A stretch of DNA of 64,000 nucleotides from Verrucomicrobiota bacterium (GTDB lineage: Bacteria > Verrucomicrobiota > Verrucomicrobiia > Opitutales > Opitutaceae). The notes below the pieces were generated by a model, which was not told where the DNA came from, made no database searches, and saw nothing but the letters and a program-made list of their open reading frames with translations. The stretch lies in contig JAEKKV010000023.1 of the NCBI GenBank assembly GCA_019510185.1, forward strand, positions 9,366-73,365, read 5' to 3'. Positions 38,210-48,878 of the stretch are shown here, in pieces. A program made the position numbers and the translations under genes. Every line of letters begins with the position of its first letter. Within the stretch, counting starts at the first letter, position 1.

Positions 38210-39106
38210 ATGTCCACCTCCCTGCCATTCCGCACCCTTCTTGTGATGGGCGCCTCCGGCCAGCTCGGCCGCCGCGTTGTTGATCTGTTGATGGAAGCCC
38301 GCGCCGGCCGCGTCATCGCCGCCTCGCGCAACCCCGACAAGCTGGCCAACTACACGCTTTGCGGCGCCGAAGTGCGCGCCGTGGATCTCGACGACCCCGC
38401 TTCGCTGGACGCCGTGTGCAAGGGCGTCCACCGTATTTTGCTTATCAATACTGAGGCGCTTGATGTCTCCGGCCGCCGTTTGCAGCAGCACCGCAACGCG
38501 ATCGACGCCGCCGTGCGCGCCGGCGTGCAACACCTGGTGTACACGTCGATCAGCAACGCGTCGGCGGATTCGACGGTGCCGGGGGCGGCGGATCATCACG
38601 CGACCGAGCAGATGCTGGCGGGCACGCGACTCGGCTGGTCGGTTCTTCGCAAAAACATCTACGCCGAGGACCTGTTGCCCGCGCTCGCTCGGGCCGTGGC
38701 GACAGGACGGTGGGAGGCGGCGGCCGGCGAAGGCGCCGCCGCCTACGTGACGAGAGAGGATTACGCCCAGTCGGTGGCGGCGGCGCTCGGCTCGTCCTTC
38801 GACGGACACCGCATTCTGGACATCACCGGCCCCATGGCGGTGACGCACGGGATGATCGCGCGTTGGGTGACGGAGACGACGGGAAAGCCGGTGACCTATG
38901 TGCCCGCGGGAGTCCCTGCGCTGGCGGGCGGTTCGTCGGCCGAAAGCGGCGATCCGCAGGCGGAGCTGCAGGCGGCGTTGGACGCGGCGATCGCTCGCGG
39001 CGAATTCGCCAAGGCCTCGCGAGCGGTTTCCGAATTGGTCGGCCGCCCTCCGATGAACGTTCCCGCCTTCCTCCGCGCCCATCGTCCGCGCCTGATGGGC
39101 GAGTGA
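38210..39106 (+). CDS. NmrA-like atypical SDR (QOR2/YtfG-like quinone oxidoreductase)
   Basis: MGASGQLG, QHRNAIDAAVRAGVQHLVYTS and DHHATEQML. Confidence 0.85.
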   Translation: MSTSLPFRTLLVMGASGQLGRRVVDLLMEARAGRVIAASRNPDKLANYTLCGAEVRAVDLDDPASLDAVCKGVHRILLINTEALDVSGRRLQQHRNAIDAAVRAGVQHLVYTSISNASADSTVPGAADHHATEQMLAGTRLGWSVLRKNIYAEDLLPALARAVATGRWEAAAGEGAAAYVTREDYAQSVAAALGSSFDGHRILDITGPMAVTHGMIARWVTETTGKPVTYVPAGVPALAGGSSAESGDPQAELQAALDAAIARGEFAKASRAVSELVGRPPMNVPAFLRAHRPRLMGE

Positions 39107-39219
39107 GGCCGGCTCCGGCCCGCAGCTCGATTAACGACTGCGGGCCTGCGGACGGGAAAATGGGCGCCCGCCCGGCGCGCCATGGCTTGCTTCCGATGCT
39201 CGGATCGCGATACACGGGC

Positions 39220-39573
39220 ATGGGCGTGAAAATCAAATCGAACGATGACCGGATCAAGGCGGCCGCTATCGCAGTGTTGCTCCTTTCGCGCGACCAGCTG
39301 GCACGAGGCAGGTCCGGCGGACTCATCGCGGCGGCGCTGGATGCCTACCGGAACGATTACGCGGGATACAAGACGGCGCATCCGAAACGCGATCTGGCGG
39401 CGGCGAAGGATCTCAGTGTATTCAAGAATGCCCGCCAGCGGGCCGACTACGAAAGGCTGATCGCGGCCGTGGAGGGGTTGCTCGCCAGAATCGAACGCAA
39501 CCGCACGCAGTTCAGCAGTCTGGTCGAGTTGGATAATTTTTTGGCCTTCAATCTGAAAACCTTGGGCCTTTGA
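39220..39573 (+). CDS. Hypothetical protein (117 aa)
   Basis: 3' part of the 38710 ORF from MGVKIKSND; coding-like composition, ends before the ppdK terminator. Confidence 0.6.
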   Translation: MGVKIKSNDDRIKAAAIAVLLLSRDQLARGRSGGLIAAALDAYRNDYAGYKTAHPKRDLAAAKDLSVFKNARQRADYERLIAAVEGLLARIERNRTQFSSLVELDNFLAFNLKTLGL

Positions 39574-39591
39574 GGCCGTTGGGAGCGGCGC

Positions 39592-39621
39592 AAAAAACCC
39601 CGCGCCGGTAAAGGCGCGGGG
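39592..39621 (-). terminator. Terminator downstream of ppdK
   Basis: CCCCGCGCC-GGTAAA-GGCGCGGGG with an A6 run (U tail on minus). Confidence 0.75.
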
Positions 39622-39665
39622 CTTGGGGAGAGCACCTGCAAGCAGGCGGCCTGCGTTGGGAAGAA

Positions 39666-42479
39666 TTACTTCTTCTTGGCGACAGTCTTGGCGGCGGCGC
39701 GCTTTTCCTCGACCGCGGCTTGCGCGGCGGCGAGACGGGCGACCGGCACGCGGTAGGGCGAGCAGGACACGTAGGTGAGGCCGACCTGATGGCAGAACTT
39801 GACGGAGTCAGGGTCGCCACCGTGTTCGCCGCAGATGCCGAGCTTGATGCCAGGGCGGGTCTGGTTGCCCTTCTGCGCGGCGATCTTCACGAGCTGGCCG
39901 ACACCGGTCTGGTCGATCGAGGCGAAGGGATTCTTCTTCACGATCTCGTTTTCGGTGTAGGCGCCCAGGAAGGAGCCGGAGTCGTCACGGGACATGCCGA
40001 GGCAGGTCTGCGTGAGGTCGTTGGTGCCGAAGCTGAAGAACTCGGCGGTCTGCGCGATCTCGTCGGCCGTGAGGGCGCCGCGCGGGATCTCGATCATGGT
40101 GCCAACGGAGTAGGCGATCTTCACCTTCTTCTCCTTCTGCACGAGAACGGCGACCTCGTGAACGATGGCAACCTGGAGATCGAGCTCCTTCTTGAAGCCG
40201 ACGAGCGGGATCATGATCTCGGGCTTGGCCTTGAAGCCGGCCTTGGTCGCATCAGCAGCGGCCTCAAGCACGGCGCGGGCCTGCATGCGGGTGATCTCGG
40301 GGAACTTGATGCCGAGACGGCAGCCGCGGAAGCCGAGCATGGGATTGAACTCATGCAGCTCGTGCACGCGGTTCATGATCTTCTCGACGGAAACGCCAAG
40401 CTTCCGGGAGAGATCCATCTGCTGTTCCTTGGAGTGGGGGAGGAACTCGTGCAGGGGCGGATCGAGGAAGCGGATCGTGGCGGGGAAGCCCTTGAGCGCC
40501 TTGAAGATTCCGAAGAAGTCGTCGCGCTGGTAGGGGAGGAGCTTGGCGAGGGCGGACTCGCGGGCGTCGAGGTTGTCGGCGAGGATCATCTCGCGCATGG
40601 CGTCGATGCGGTCGCCTTCGAAGAACATGTGCTCGGTGCGGACGAGGCCGATGCCGACGGCGCCGAAGGCGATCGCCTGGCGGGCCTGCTCGGGGGTGTC
40701 GGCGTTGGTGCGCACGGAGAGCTTGGTGGCCTGCGCGCACCACTTCATGAGCTGCACGTAGTTCTTATACTTCTCGGTCTTCTGAGCTTCTTTGTCGTCG
40801 CTGAGGAGGCCGGAGATGATCTCGGAGGGAGCGGTCTTGATCTGGCCCGCGTAAACGAGGCCGGAGGTGCCGTCGATGGAGAGGAACTCGCCTTCGGAGA
40901 AGCTCTGGCCGTCGATGGTGGCGACTTTCTTCTCGTAATCGATGGAGACGGCGGCGGCGCCGCAGACGCAGACTTTGCCCATCTGGCGGGCAACGAGAGC
41001 GGCGTGCGAGGACACACCACCGCGGGCGGTGAGAATGCCTTCGGCGGCGATCATGCCGCGGAGATCTTCCGGGGAGGTCTCGACGCGGACGAGAAGGACT
41101 TTCTCGCCCTTGTCGGCGGCCTGCACGGCGCGGTCGGCGTGGAAGTAGATCTTGCCGGTGGCGGCGCCGGGGCCGGCGGGAAGGCCGGTGGCGATGACGG
41201 TGGCCTTCTTGACCTCGGAGAGATCGAAGATGGGAGCGAGGAGCTGCTCAAGCTGGTCGGCGGGGTTGCGCAGGATGGCGGTTTCCCAGTCGATGAGCTT
41301 TTCGCGGACCATGTCGGCGGCGAACTTCAGGCCGGCGGCGGCGGTGCGCTTGCCGTTGCGGGTCTGGAGCATGAACAGCTTGCCTTCCTGGATGGTGAAC
41401 TCGATGTCCTGAACATCCTTGAAGTGCTTCTCAAGCGTGGCGCGAACCTTGAGGAGTTCGGCGTAGGACTTGGGCATGACGTCCTTGAGCTTGATGACGG
41501 GCTCGGGGGTGCGGACGCCGGCGACGACGTCTTCGCCCTGGGCGTTGACGAGGAACTCACCGTAGAATTCGTTGGTGCCGTTGGCGGGATTGCGGGTGAA
41601 CGCGACGCCGGAGCCGGAGGTCTCGCCGGTGTTGCCGAAGACCATGGCCTGAACGTTGACGGCGGTGCCCCATTCCGTGGGGATGTTGTACTTGCGGCGA
41701 TAGACGATCGCGCGGTCGTTCATCCAGGAGGAGAACACGGCGCCGGCGGCTCCGCGGAGCTGGTCCCAGGCGTCATTCGGGAAGGCTTTGCCGGTGCGGT
41801 CCTTGACGAGGGCCTTGAAGCGCTTGACGAGTTCCTTCTGGTCGTCGGCGGTGAGCTTGGAGTCTTCGATGTCGGCGTGGTAACGCTCGTGCTTGAAGGT
41901 GTGGATCGTGTGCTCGAACGGATCGTGGTGCTCGCCTTCGCGCTTCTGAACGCCCATGACGACGTCGCCGTACATCTGGATGAAGCGGCGGTAGCAATCC
42001 CAGGCGAAGCGGGGATTGTTGGTGGTGTTTTCGAGAGCGATAACCGTCTGGTCGTTGAGACCGAGGTTGAGAATGGTGTCCATCATGCCGGGCATGGAGT
42101 CGCGGGCGCCGGAGCGCACGGCCACGAGGAGGGGCATGCCGGAGGTGGCGCCGAACTTGGTGCCCATGATCTTCTCCATGTTCTTCACGCCGGCTTCCAT
42201 CTCGGCCTGGAGCGAGACCGGGTAGGTCTTTTTGTTGGCGTAATAGTAGGTGCAGACGTCGGTCGTGATCGTGAAGCCGGGGGGCACAGGGAGACCGATG
42301 CGGGTCATTTCGGCGAGGTTCGCGCCCTTGCCGCCGAGGAGGGCTTTCATGCTGCCATCGCCATCGGCTTTGGCGGCGCCCCACGTGTAAACGTATTTGG
42401 GGGCCTTCTTGGAGGCGGGTTTCTTGACGGAAGGCTTGGCCTTCGCGGCGGGTTTCTTGGCTTTGGATTTGACGGCCAT
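39666..42479 (-). CDS. ppdK: Pyruvate, phosphate dikinase
   Basis: [26 protein letters not shown] (phospho-His), RTEHMFF and [10 protein letters not shown]; start chosen at MAVKSK. Confidence 0.98.
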   Translation of the reverse strand: MAVKSKAKKPAAKAKPSVKKPASKKAPKYVYTWGAAKADGDGSMKALLGGKGANLAEMTRIGLPVPPGFTITTDVCTYYYANKKTYPVSLQAEMEAGVKNMEKIMGTKFGATSGMPLLVAVRSGARDSMPGMMDTILNLGLNDQTVIALENTTNNPRFAWDCYRRFIQMYGDVVMGVQKREGEHHDPFEHTIHTFKHERYHADIEDSKLTADDQKELVKRFKALVKDRTGKAFPNDAWDQLRGAAGAVFSSWMNDRAIVYRRKYNIPTEWGTAVNVQAMVFGNTGETSGSGVAFTRNPANGTNEFYGEFLVNAQGEDVVAGVRTPEPVIKLKDVMPKSYAELLKVRATLEKHFKDVQDIEFTIQEGKLFMLQTRNGKRTAAAGLKFAADMVREKLIDWETAILRNPADQLEQLLAPIFDLSEVKKATVIATGLPAGPGAATGKIYFHADRAVQAADKGEKVLLVRVETSPEDLRGMIAAEGILTARGGVSSHAALVARQMGKVCVCGAAAVSIDYEKKVATIDGQSFSEGEFLSIDGTSGLVYAGQIKTAPSEIISGLLSDDKEAQKTEKYKNYVQLMKWCAQATKLSVRTNADTPEQARQAIAFGAVGIGLVRTEHMFFEGDRIDAMREMILADNLDARESALAKLLPYQRDDFFGIFKALKGFPATIRFLDPPLHEFLPHSKEQQMDLSRKLGVSVEKIMNRVHELHEFNPMLGFRGCRLGIKFPEITRMQARAVLEAAADATKAGFKAKPEIMIPLVGFKKELDLQVAIVHEVAVLVQKEKKVKIAYSVGTMIEIPRGALTADEIAQTAEFFSFGTNDLTQTCLGMSRDDSGSFLGAYTENEIVKKNPFASIDQTGVGQLVKIAAQKGNQTRPGIKLGICGEHGGDPDSVKFCHQVGLTYVSCSPYRVPVARLAAAQAAVEEKRAAAKTVAKKK

Positions 42480-42694
42480 ATGCAGGGTTTGTGGTTGGAA
42501 AAAACGAACGCCTCGCGCGCGGCGAGAAAAGGAAAAGGCAATAGGCTGCGGCGGGGGGCTGTCAACGGCGGAGGGGACCGGCCAAGGCGTTGAATGGCTG
42601 GCGGACAAGAGGAAGGGATGAATGAAGGGCTTTAAGTCTCGCCGTGGGAAAAAGCATGAGGAGAGTGGCAATACTTTGCTTTAAGCATGCCCCT

Positions 42695-44878
42695 ATGAAC
42701 GTTTTCAGATGCCATTATGTGCTGGGTTTGATTGCCATGCTGGCCGGTGTGGACGGTGCTTGGGCAGAAGCGACGCGGCCGGCGGTGGTCGTGGCAACTT
42801 GGAGCGACGTGTTGGCCGCGAAGGATGAGCTGACTTTTATCCAGCGTATCAGCGGCTATGCGCTCGGCTGTGAAGAGCGCGACTTCCAAGCACGCCTGCA
42901 AGAAAAGCCGGTCGCTTCTTCGGAGCGCGCTTCTTTAATAATGGAGGTCCTAACAGACGCTTGGCTAGCTCAAGAGCCCGGGCAAGCGATTGCCTTTTGG
43001 GAAAAGCAAGGATCAGGCTGGCCCTCGACCGTTCAGGCCAAATTTTTCGCAAAGCTGGCCGAAATCAACCCGAAGGCGCTGCGGGTGAAACTCGCGCAAT
43101 CTGCCAGCAGTCCTGCTCATGATGAATATATGGCGGCGGCAGTGCAGGGGCTGTCCGTGAAAACGCCGGATGCCGCCTTGGAGTTGGCTTTGTCGGCGGA
43201 TGAGAAGGGAAGGTCTTTTCTGGTGATGTTGGTGGTGTCATCCGTGGCCGCTACGGACATCCCGAAGGCACTGAAATATGCGGAGCAGATTTCCGATTTG
43301 GAGTCGCGCAGCCAAGCCATCGGTCACGTGCTTGAGGTGTGGTTTCAAAAAACACCCGCTGAGGCCCTGAATTGGGCCAACCGTGCAGCACTTTCGGATG
43401 AGCTTTTGAGCATGCTGGCTCAAAGTTTTTCGCATTATGCGCATGACGAAGAGGAGAAGGCGGATCGTTTACTGGCTGGTGTCACTGACGCACGGCTGCG
43501 CGCTGCGTTGCTGGCCGGTCTATTGTCACAAGCCATGCCTGCACAGCTTTGGGCACACGTGAAAAAGGGCGGCTGGACCGGCGTTTCAGACGAATCGCTG
43601 CAGGAGATGGTGGCATTTGCTGGAGAGCAAAAGGCGGAGGAGGCGACCCGGCTTTTCAAAAGCATCCCGGTCGAGCGGCTCAAAAACGAGGATCTGATCA
43701 AAAAGATGACACAGGCATGGGCTTGGCTGGACGCCGATGCGGCTGCGGCGTGGGCATCGTCGCTGCCCGTCGAAAGCGAGAGGGAAACGGCGGTGCTGCG
43801 CATGAATACCCTGTGGCTGTTGATCGCTCCGGAAAAGGCCTTCGCTCAAATCGAAGCCACGCCTTCGGGGCCTTTGCGCGCGCAGATGGTGCGCAACACC
43901 GCTCTGGGCATGGCCAAGATTGATGAGGGGATGGCGATCAACTGGGTTAATACCCAACCCGATGATCCGGGAAAGGAGGCGGCTTTGGAGTCCATAGTGA
44001 AGCTGGGCGCCGACTGGAATCCCGAGGAGACCGCCGTGTTGCTGGGCAAGCTTTCCGCCGGTCCGTACCGGTCGAAAACTTACAAAGAGTTCGCTTCAAA
44101 ATGGGCGGAGAACGATCCCGAGAGTGCGCTCGATTGGATGTTGGGCTTGCCGGAGGGAAATGAACGCAAAGCTGTTTCAAGGGAGGTGCTGGCCGGCATT
44201 GCCGGCAAGAATCCCGACTACGCCGCCGCGATGCTTGGAGAGATACGCGATCGTGATGAGCAGGGGGCCTTGGCGCGTGCTTTGATGCGCGACTATGTGG
44301 GAGGACATCCCGATGCGTTGCCGGGACTGGTCGCGGTGCTGCCCGAAGGAAAGATACGCACACGCGCCGTGGTGGAGGCCTTGACGGCGATTGCGAGAAG
44401 CCAGCCGGAGACGGCGCTGCACTATTTGGATGCCATGAATCTGGGCGATCAGCGCTTCGCCGGAATCAATGGGATCGTGACGGCGTGGTCCGCCACTGAT
44501 CCGCAGGCGGCGGCTCAGTGGGTGGCCGGGGTGCTTTATGCCCCGGCGGATAAATCCGCGGGCAAGGTCGCCGGAGCGTTGGTCAAAAACTGGGCCGGTC
44601 AGGATCCGCAGGCGGTGGCAGGTTGGGTGGCCCAGCTTCCGCAGGGGGAAATAAAAAACACGGCGACACAGGCTTTGGCGGCGGGGCTGATGGAGCGGTT
44701 TCCTGCCCGCGCTTGGGCCATGCTGACGGCATTGCCCGACGCTTCCAAGCGAGGGGCTCAATTGACTGAAGTGATCCGCCATTGGAATGAAAGCGATCCG
44801 GTGGCTGCGGAGCGTTTCATCGGCGAGAGCGGGCTGCCGGCGGATTTAAAACAACGTCTGTTGAAACTTAAAAAATAA
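42695..44878 (+). CDS. Large exported alpha-helical repeat protein (~727 aa)
   Basis: Signal peptide; repeats WAENDPESALDW, WSATDPQAAAQW, WAGQDPQAVAGW and WNESDPVAAERF; start chosen at MNVFRC. Confidence 0.85.
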   Translation: MNVFRCHYVLGLIAMLAGVDGAWAEATRPAVVVATWSDVLAAKDELTFIQRISGYALGCEERDFQARLQEKPVASSERASLIMEVLTDAWLAQEPGQAIAFWEKQGSGWPSTVQAKFFAKLAEINPKALRVKLAQSASSPAHDEYMAAAVQGLSVKTPDAALELALSADEKGRSFLVMLVVSSVAATDIPKALKYAEQISDLESRSQAIGHVLEVWFQKTPAEALNWANRAALSDELLSMLAQSFSHYAHDEEEKADRLLAGVTDARLRAALLAGLLSQAMPAQLWAHVKKGGWTGVSDESLQEMVAFAGEQKAEEATRLFKSIPVERLKNEDLIKKMTQAWAWLDADAAAAWASSLPVESERETAVLRMNTLWLLIAPEKAFAQIEATPSGPLRAQMVRNTALGMAKIDEGMAINWVNTQPDDPGKEAALESIVKLGADWNPEETAVLLGKLSAGPYRSKTYKEFASKWAENDPESALDWMLGLPEGNERKAVSREVLAGIAGKNPDYAAAMLGEIRDRDEQGALARALMRDYVGGHPDALPGLVAVLPEGKIRTRAVVEALTAIARSQPETALHYLDAMNLGDQRFAGINGIVTAWSATDPQAAAQWVAGVLYAPADKSAGKVAGALVKNWAGQDPQAVAGWVAQLPQGEIKNTATQALAAGLMERFPARAWAMLTALPDASKRGAQLTEVIRHWNESDPVAAERFIGESGLPADLKQRLLKLKK

Positions 44879-44881
44879 CCC

Positions 44882-47005
44882 ATGTTTCGTCTTTCATGTG
44901 TTTACCGTCGAGGATGGGTGGCCGGCCTTGTGCTGGCGGGTTTGCTGCCCGCGGCATGCCGTCGTTCCGAATCATCGGGCGGGGCGCCGAATGCGCGACT
45001 AGATCTGGCCGGCATCATGGGAGAACAAAACCCGGTGCGTCGCTTGCATGAACTGGCGAACTGGGTCGCGGCTCAAAACGAAGAAGCCTTGGGCAAGGCT
45101 TTCCTGAATGCGCCGCGTGATATTCAAGACGAATTGGGGTGGTTGATTGGTCTGCGGCTGGAGCAGCTGCATCCCGGAGAGGACGATCGGGCTCGTGCGA
45201 CGCGTTGGGAAAAGATGGTACGCACTGACAACGCAACAGCTCCGCTTGAGAAGCCCACGGTGCGAGAGCGTTTGTTAAAGCTCGCTCGTACAGATCCACG
45301 CGGCGCCCTGGCCGGCGTGCATGCCGAGCATCTACATCCCAACGATGCGCATGAGCTGCGGGTGGAGATTCTGAAAGAAGTGGCAAAATCGGATCCCAAG
45401 CTTGCTTTTACACTGCTCCAGGAACGGCGCGATGTGGATCGCGCGGAGGTCGGCTCCGACTTGGCGAAGGCTTGGGGGCGGCAGGCTCCGCAGGAGGCAT
45501 TGAAATGGCTGGCGCCCCGGCCCCGCTCCTACGCCACTGCTGTGCTCGGCGCTGCGGTGCTTGAGGGCTGGGCGGAGACGGATTTGCCGGCCGCGATGGA
45601 GGCCGCCGCCATGCTGCCGATCACCGAAGCCAACCACCACACGGTGCGCTCGATCACCGAACAGTGGCTGCGCTCGGATCCGAAGCAGGCGGCCGAGTGG
45701 CTTGCCAAGCAGCGCAAACTGGATCCGATCATCGTCGTCGCGGCGATCAGCGCATTGGAGGATTCAAATCCAGCATTGGCCGCGCAGATTTATACGACGC
45801 AGTTTCCTCCGGGAAGGCAGTCGGAATACGGAGACAGTTTGGTGGCGAGTTGGGTGAAAAAAGATCCCCAGGCCTGCATCGACTGGTTGCGGACATTAAA
45901 GCAGGGGGAATTTTATTTCCGATCGATGGCGGCGGCGGCAGAGGCGCTCGCGAGGGAAAAACCGGCGGCGGCGATTGCGTTGATGAACGAACTGCCTGCG
46001 GATGCGGACAGGCGGCAGATGATTTTGCTCATTGGCCAAGCGATTGCCGATCCGCGCGTGGCCATGGATTGGTTGGTGACGTTGCCGGAATCCGCCACCG
46101 TCAACGATGTCCTTCGGCGATTGATGGCCCAGGCGTCCGACCAAGATCCCGACGCCTTGCTGGGACTCGCCGGGCGGCTTCCTCCCGGCCCGCGTCAGGC
46201 CGCCGTGTATGCAGGCGTGGCCGAGGCTAAGTTTTCCAAAGATCCGGACAAGGCCATCGCCTGGATCAAGACTCTGAATAATCCGTCGTATATGGACGCC
46301 ATTGTAGCATCCGTGGGATCGCAGTGGGCGGAGGCCGACCCGCGGGGTGCGGCTGAGTTTGTGCGCGGTTTGAACCCGGGCGAAGGCCGGGAGCGCATGG
46401 TGGCGTGGGTTGCCAGCGTGTTGATCAAAAAAGATCCGGCGGCGGCGGTGGACTGGTCCTTGACGCTTGCGGAGAGTTACGCGGCTCGCATTGCGGTGGG
46501 GAATGCGTTTGGCGCGCTGGCGCGTTATGAGTCTGAAAAAGCCGTTCAAAAAGCAACGGCGCTTCCTCCGGGAAAAATACGGGACGAAGCGCTGCTATCT
46601 ACAGTGATCACACTGGCCGGCACGCGAATAGATTTGGGTATTCAGGTCGTGGTGCAGAGTTCACCCAAGGAGCAACTCCCGTTGGCTGAACGCCTGACCT
46701 ATGTTTGGAGCCAGCACGATCTTCCTGCTTCCATTGCGTGGGCCGGGGGATTGCCGACAGGCGCGCTTCGGGATCAAGCGATTCTCGGATTGGCCAATCA
46801 GGCCGCCGAAGCCAGCCCGTCAAATGCCTTGGCTCTGACCGGCACAATGGATGACGAGGGGCGGCGTTATTCGGCCACTTACCTTGTGCTGTGGGCGTGG
46901 TATGGCAAAAATCCGGAAACGGCTCTCGCCATGTTGGAAACCGTGAAACTGACCGACAAGCATCGCGCAGACATTCTGGCCCGCCTAAAAGCGCGAACCC
47001 AGTGA
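44882..47005 (+). CDS. Large helical-repeat lipoprotein (707 aa)
   Basis: Lipobox-like LPAAC; repeats WGRQAPQEALKW, WLRSDPKQAAEW, WVKKDPQACIDW and WAEADPRGAAEF. Confidence 0.85.
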   Translation: MFRLSCVYRRGWVAGLVLAGLLPAACRRSESSGGAPNARLDLAGIMGEQNPVRRLHELANWVAAQNEEALGKAFLNAPRDIQDELGWLIGLRLEQLHPGEDDRARATRWEKMVRTDNATAPLEKPTVRERLLKLARTDPRGALAGVHAEHLHPNDAHELRVEILKEVAKSDPKLAFTLLQERRDVDRAEVGSDLAKAWGRQAPQEALKWLAPRPRSYATAVLGAAVLEGWAETDLPAAMEAAAMLPITEANHHTVRSITEQWLRSDPKQAAEWLAKQRKLDPIIVVAAISALEDSNPALAAQIYTTQFPPGRQSEYGDSLVASWVKKDPQACIDWLRTLKQGEFYFRSMAAAAEALAREKPAAAIALMNELPADADRRQMILLIGQAIADPRVAMDWLVTLPESATVNDVLRRLMAQASDQDPDALLGLAGRLPPGPRQAAVYAGVAEAKFSKDPDKAIAWIKTLNNPSYMDAIVASVGSQWAEADPRGAAEFVRGLNPGEGRERMVAWVASVLIKKDPAAAVDWSLTLAESYAARIAVGNAFGALARYESEKAVQKATALPPGKIRDEALLSTVITLAGTRIDLGIQVVVQSSPKEQLPLAERLTYVWSQHDLPASIAWAGGLPTGALRDQAILGLANQAAEASPSNALALTGTMDDEGRRYSATYLVLWAWYGKNPETALAMLETVKLTDKHRADILARLKARTQ

Positions 47006-47008
47006 ATC

Positions 47009-47437
47009 TTACTTTTTGATTTCGGCCACGACCTCGGGATGGGTTTCGAGGTAGCGGTTGAGCTTTTCCAAGGCGTCGAAGGTCTCGGGGCTCACGTGAT
47101 GCTCCATGCCCTCGACATCGTGGGCGATGACCGTCTCGGCGAGGCCGAGCAGGGCGAGAAACTGGGTGAGGAGCGCGTGGCGGTGGGCAATGCGGGCCGC
47201 CACCTCCTCGCCCGCGCTGGTGAGCACCATGCCGCGGTATTTCTCGTATTTGACCAAACCCTCGCCATCGAGCCGCTGGACCATGGTGGTGACGCTCGCC
47301 TGGGAAATCTTCAACTCGGCCGCGATGTCCACGACGCGCGCATAGCCCTTCTTCTTGATCAGCTCGCTGATGCGCTCGAGGTAATCCTCGACCGCGGCGG
47401 TCGTGCGCGGCGGAGGTGGGGTGGGGTTTTCAGCCAC
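47009..47437 (-). CDS. DtxR/MntR-family metal-dependent repressor
   Basis: EDYLERI, SQASVTTMVQRL, RHALL and DVEGMEHHVS; GTG start inferred. Confidence 0.9.
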   Translation of the reverse strand: MAENPTPPPPRTTAAVEDYLERISELIKKKGYARVVDIAAELKISQASVTTMVQRLDGEGLVKYEKYRGMVLTSAGEEVAARIAHRHALLTQFLALLGLAETVIAHDVEGMEHHVSPETFDALEKLNRYLETHPEVVAEIKK

Positions 47438-47484
47438 GGTTAAACGGGCTCGGGCCGCGGTAAAACAAACGTGCGCGGGCCGGA

Positions 47485-47718
47485 TTATTTTTTCTCGGCC
47501 AGCTGGGCGCGCAGGACCGTGCGGAACATCTGCAGGGCGAGCCAGAACACGCCGGTCATGCAGGTGGCGGTGAGCCCGGCCCAGGCGACAACGACCTTGA
47601 GGTCTTGCGAGGGGACGTGATCGCGAAGGATGCCGAACATGATCGCGAAAAACCCGCCGGCCAGCACGAGGTCGACGAGGAGACTGACGGGCGAGACGGA
47701 TTTGAACAGCTGCGACAT
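47485..47718 (-). CDS. Small two-TM membrane protein
   Basis: 77 aa, two hydrophobic helices, adjacent to and co-oriented with the MntR-like gene. Confidence 0.65.
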   Translation of the reverse strand: MSQLFKSVSPVSLLVDLVLAGGFFAIMFGILRDHVPSQDLKVVVAWAGLTATCMTGVFWLALQMFRTVLRAQLAEKK

Positions 47719-47763
47719 GATGGAAAACCACACGCGGTGGGGGAGGGGTTGTCCACCGTTTTT

Positions 47764-48774
47764 TCAGGCGGATCGTGCGTCCGGCGGGCGCAGGGCAAGC
47801 GGGCAGGGCCGGCCGGCGGCGAAATCATCGACGCTTTTCAACGTGGTTTCCGCGATGTTGCCGAGGGCTTCGTGGGTGAGAAACCCTTGGTGGCCGGTGA
47901 CGAGCACGTTGGGCAGAGCGATCAATCGGGCGAGGGTTTCGTCGGCGAGGGGACCGGCGGAATGGTCTTCGTAGAAGAACCCGGCCTCGTTTTCATAAAC
48001 ATCGAGCCCCAGTCGCCCGAGCTGGCCGCTTTCGATGGCGGCAATGGTGGCGGGGGTGTCGATCAGGCCGCCACGGCTGGTGTTGAGAAGCGTGGCCCCG
48101 GGCTTCATGCGTTCCAGAGTGGTTGCGTTGATGAGGTGGCGGGTGGCGGGGACGAGCGGGCAATGGAGCGAAACGACGTCGGACCGGGCCAACAGTTCGT
48201 CGAGTTCGCAAAAAACGAAACCCGCCTCCCTGGCTTCGTCCGAAGGAAACGGATCGCAGGCGAGCACCCGGCAGCCAAAGCCTTGCATGATCCGGCCGGT
48301 GATCGTTCCGATGCGGCCGGTGCCGACGAGGCCGAAGGTTTTCCCTTCAAGGTCGAAGCCCATCAGCCCATCGAGCGAAAAATCGCCGCGGCGCACCCGT
48401 GCATGGGCCTGGTGGATGCGGCGGTTGAGCGTGAGCAGCAGGGCGACGGTGTGCTCGGCCACGGCATGCGGTGAGTAGCCCGGGACATAGACGACGGTGA
48501 GGCCGAGTGCGGCGGCGGCGACCAGATCCACATGGTTGTAACCAGCCGAGCGCAGCGCGATCAACCGCGTGCCGCCGGCGGCGAGGCGGGCGAGCACGCC
48601 GGCGTCTAGCCGGTCGTTGACGAACGCGCACACCGTTTCGCTACCGTGGGCGAGCCTGGCCGTTTCCGGCGTGAGGCGTTCCTCGTGGAAAGACAGCCGG
48701 TGACCGCGCGCCGCGTTGGCCGCGGTGAAATACCGGCGGTCGTAGGGCTTGGCGCTGAAGACGGCGATGGTCAT
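47764..48774 (-). CDS. ldhA: D-lactate dehydrogenase (2-hydroxyacid dehydrogenase)
   Basis: LRSAGYNHVD, YSPHAVAEH, GTGRIG, NTSRGGL, GLDVYENE and TGHQGFLT. Confidence 0.9.
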   Translation of the reverse strand: MTIAVFSAKPYDRRYFTAANAARGHRLSFHEERLTPETARLAHGSETVCAFVNDRLDAGVLARLAAGGTRLIALRSAGYNHVDLVAAAALGLTVVYVPGYSPHAVAEHTVALLLTLNRRIHQAHARVRRGDFSLDGLMGFDLEGKTFGLVGTGRIGTITGRIMQGFGCRVLACDPFPSDEAREAGFVFCELDELLARSDVVSLHCPLVPATRHLINATTLERMKPGATLLNTSRGGLIDTPATIAAIESGQLGRLGLDVYENEAGFFYEDHSAGPLADETLARLIALPNVLVTGHQGFLTHEALGNIAETTLKSVDDFAAGRPCPLALRPPDARSA

Positions 48775-48878
48775 GACCGGGACGGCGGACGACGGTGGCT
48801 GCGAGTGGATTGCATGCTGGCTGGGCGAAGACTGTTCCGCATTGCGGTCCGGCGTCGAGGCTCTACATTGGCCCTCCC

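Noticed and set aside
39720-42593. Very long antisense ORFs (also 13567-15384, 21948-23432, 25594-27534, 32628-34223, 36043-37959, 50448-52298, 61057-62826)
   Set aside because: They mirror well-supported genes on the opposite strand. High GC and strong codon bias suppress antisense stops, and the translations show no family motifs.
48775-48878. Copy of the cco-promoter motif in the ldhA/AraC intergenic region
   Set aside because: Only one weak match (TGCAATCCACTCG, minus strand 48814-48802), with no partner 21 bp away and no -10 at the expected distance.
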